From a virus (lineage: Duplodnaviria; Caudoviricetes), in the IMG/VR virus record IMGVR_UViG_3300025018_000091: a DNA stretch of 64,000 bases. One strand, written 5' to 3'. The notes under the pieces were generated by a model. It ran no database searches and was not told the origin of the DNA. It was given only the letters and a program-made list of their open reading frames with translations. The translations under genes were made by a program, and so were the position numbers. Positions 63,308-64,000 of the stretch are shown one piece after another (within the stretch, counting starts at the first letter, position 1; each line of letters starts with the position of its first letter).

Positions 63308-64000
63308 CTAAACCTCCGTAGGATCGTTTGTTCCACATCTCCAACAAGGTGTTTCACCCATATTCAAACGAGTGCCACAAACCTTGCATTGAGAATCGTT
63401 TGCATTGATAATTACATTCAACAATGCTTTTGTTTCTTCGTGGAAAGCAACAACTTCATCTTTCTCTTCAATCTCCTCTTCATCTTCATCCTCAGACTCA
63501 TCATCCTCAGATACATTCAAAAGATGCTCCTCATCTTTGTGAACGAATACACTCCAATGGGAGTCGAATTGCTCAACAGAATCAATGTTGAATAGGAACC
63601 TACTGATTCCCTTCCCTCTCAATTCTTTGGCAATATCCGCCGGATCATCATGCTGACCAGGATACCAACCAGATGCATACAAATCTTCATTGATTCGAAT
63701 GTATCCATAATTGGAAGGATCAATCTCGTCCATGGTATTCGCAATATTCTCGTTATCTTCTAGCTCCTCAAGATAATTTTCAGGATCCTCCTGAAGACAA
63801 TCAATGCAAGTATATCCACAGCCCTGTTCAGAATAGAAGTAGCTGGGAGTCCAATGATAGGAGTCAGCTTTATGACGGACTAGCTTTCCACAATCAGAAC
63901 ACGAAATCCATTCATCAGACCACTCACACTCAATACCCATCTTCTCAAACAAGTCTGCAATTCTCCTAGGAAGATCCGATACATGTGTGGTTTGTTTTGT
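63308..64000 (-). CDS. acidic hypothetical protein with C-terminal CxxC-x10-CWxCG Zn ribbon (5' end beyond window)
   Basis: Frame is open to the window edge; CKVCGTRLNMGETPCWRCG. Confidence 0.7.
   Translation of the reverse strand, partial: TKQTTHVSDLPRRIADLFEKMGIECEWSDEWISCSDCGKLVRHKADSYHWTPSYFYSEQGCGYTCIDCLQEDPENYLEELEDNENIANTMDEIDPSNYGYIRINEDLYASGWYPGQHDDPADIAKELRGKGISRFLFNIDSVEQFDSHWSVFVHKDEEHLLNVSEDDESEDEDEEEIEEKDEVVAFHEETKALLNVIINANDSQCKVCGTRLNMGETPCWRCGTNDPTEV

Noticed and set aside
1-64000. CRISPR array, reverse transcriptase (DGR/retron), integrase or transposase
   Set aside because: No regularly spaced repeat-spacer unit and no RT, integrase or transposase motifs were seen in any ORF.

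Overview
This window looks like an accessory region of a large (jumbo/huge) AT-rich dsDNA bacteriophage genome. It is densely packed with short, mostly minus-strand ORFs and has no structural or core replication module. Recognisable genes: 5'-3' exonuclease, two kinase-like proteins, a probable type II restriction-modification pair, LemA, a Nudix hydrolase, a TrmH/SpoU methyltransferase, DUF3228, a deaminase-fold protein, KptA/Tpt1 (frameshifted), CoaE, DUF2786, two radical SAM enzymes, an Rnl2/DRB0094-type RNA ligase, an RNA-repair-type HAD phosphatase and at least 7 free-standing homing endonuclease genes (5 of them antisense to their neighbours). Six near-canonical tRNAs are present (Arg-TCT, Leu-CAA, Leu-TAA, Gln-TTG, Ile-TAT, Lys-TTT), plus many non-canonical tRNA-like elements. 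Cys-rich 'DAG' lipoproteins suggest a myxobacterial host (inference). The most notable unexplained items are: (i) a 115-nt Leu-type tRNA with an 18-nt anticodon-arm expansion whose new loop is perfectly complementary (7 bp) to the variable-arm loop; (ii) an operon of three paralogues that begin IRxNVFETNSSSSHS, followed by a radical SAM enzyme; (iii) six same-strand intergenic copies of a 25-bp motif placed upstream of genes; (iv) a 3-kb island of remodelled tRNA-like and hairpin-rich RNA candidates; (v) three Rrf2-like winged-helix paralogues. Several single-base frameshifts may be sequencing errors. All family calls come from motif recognition by eye; no database searches were run.
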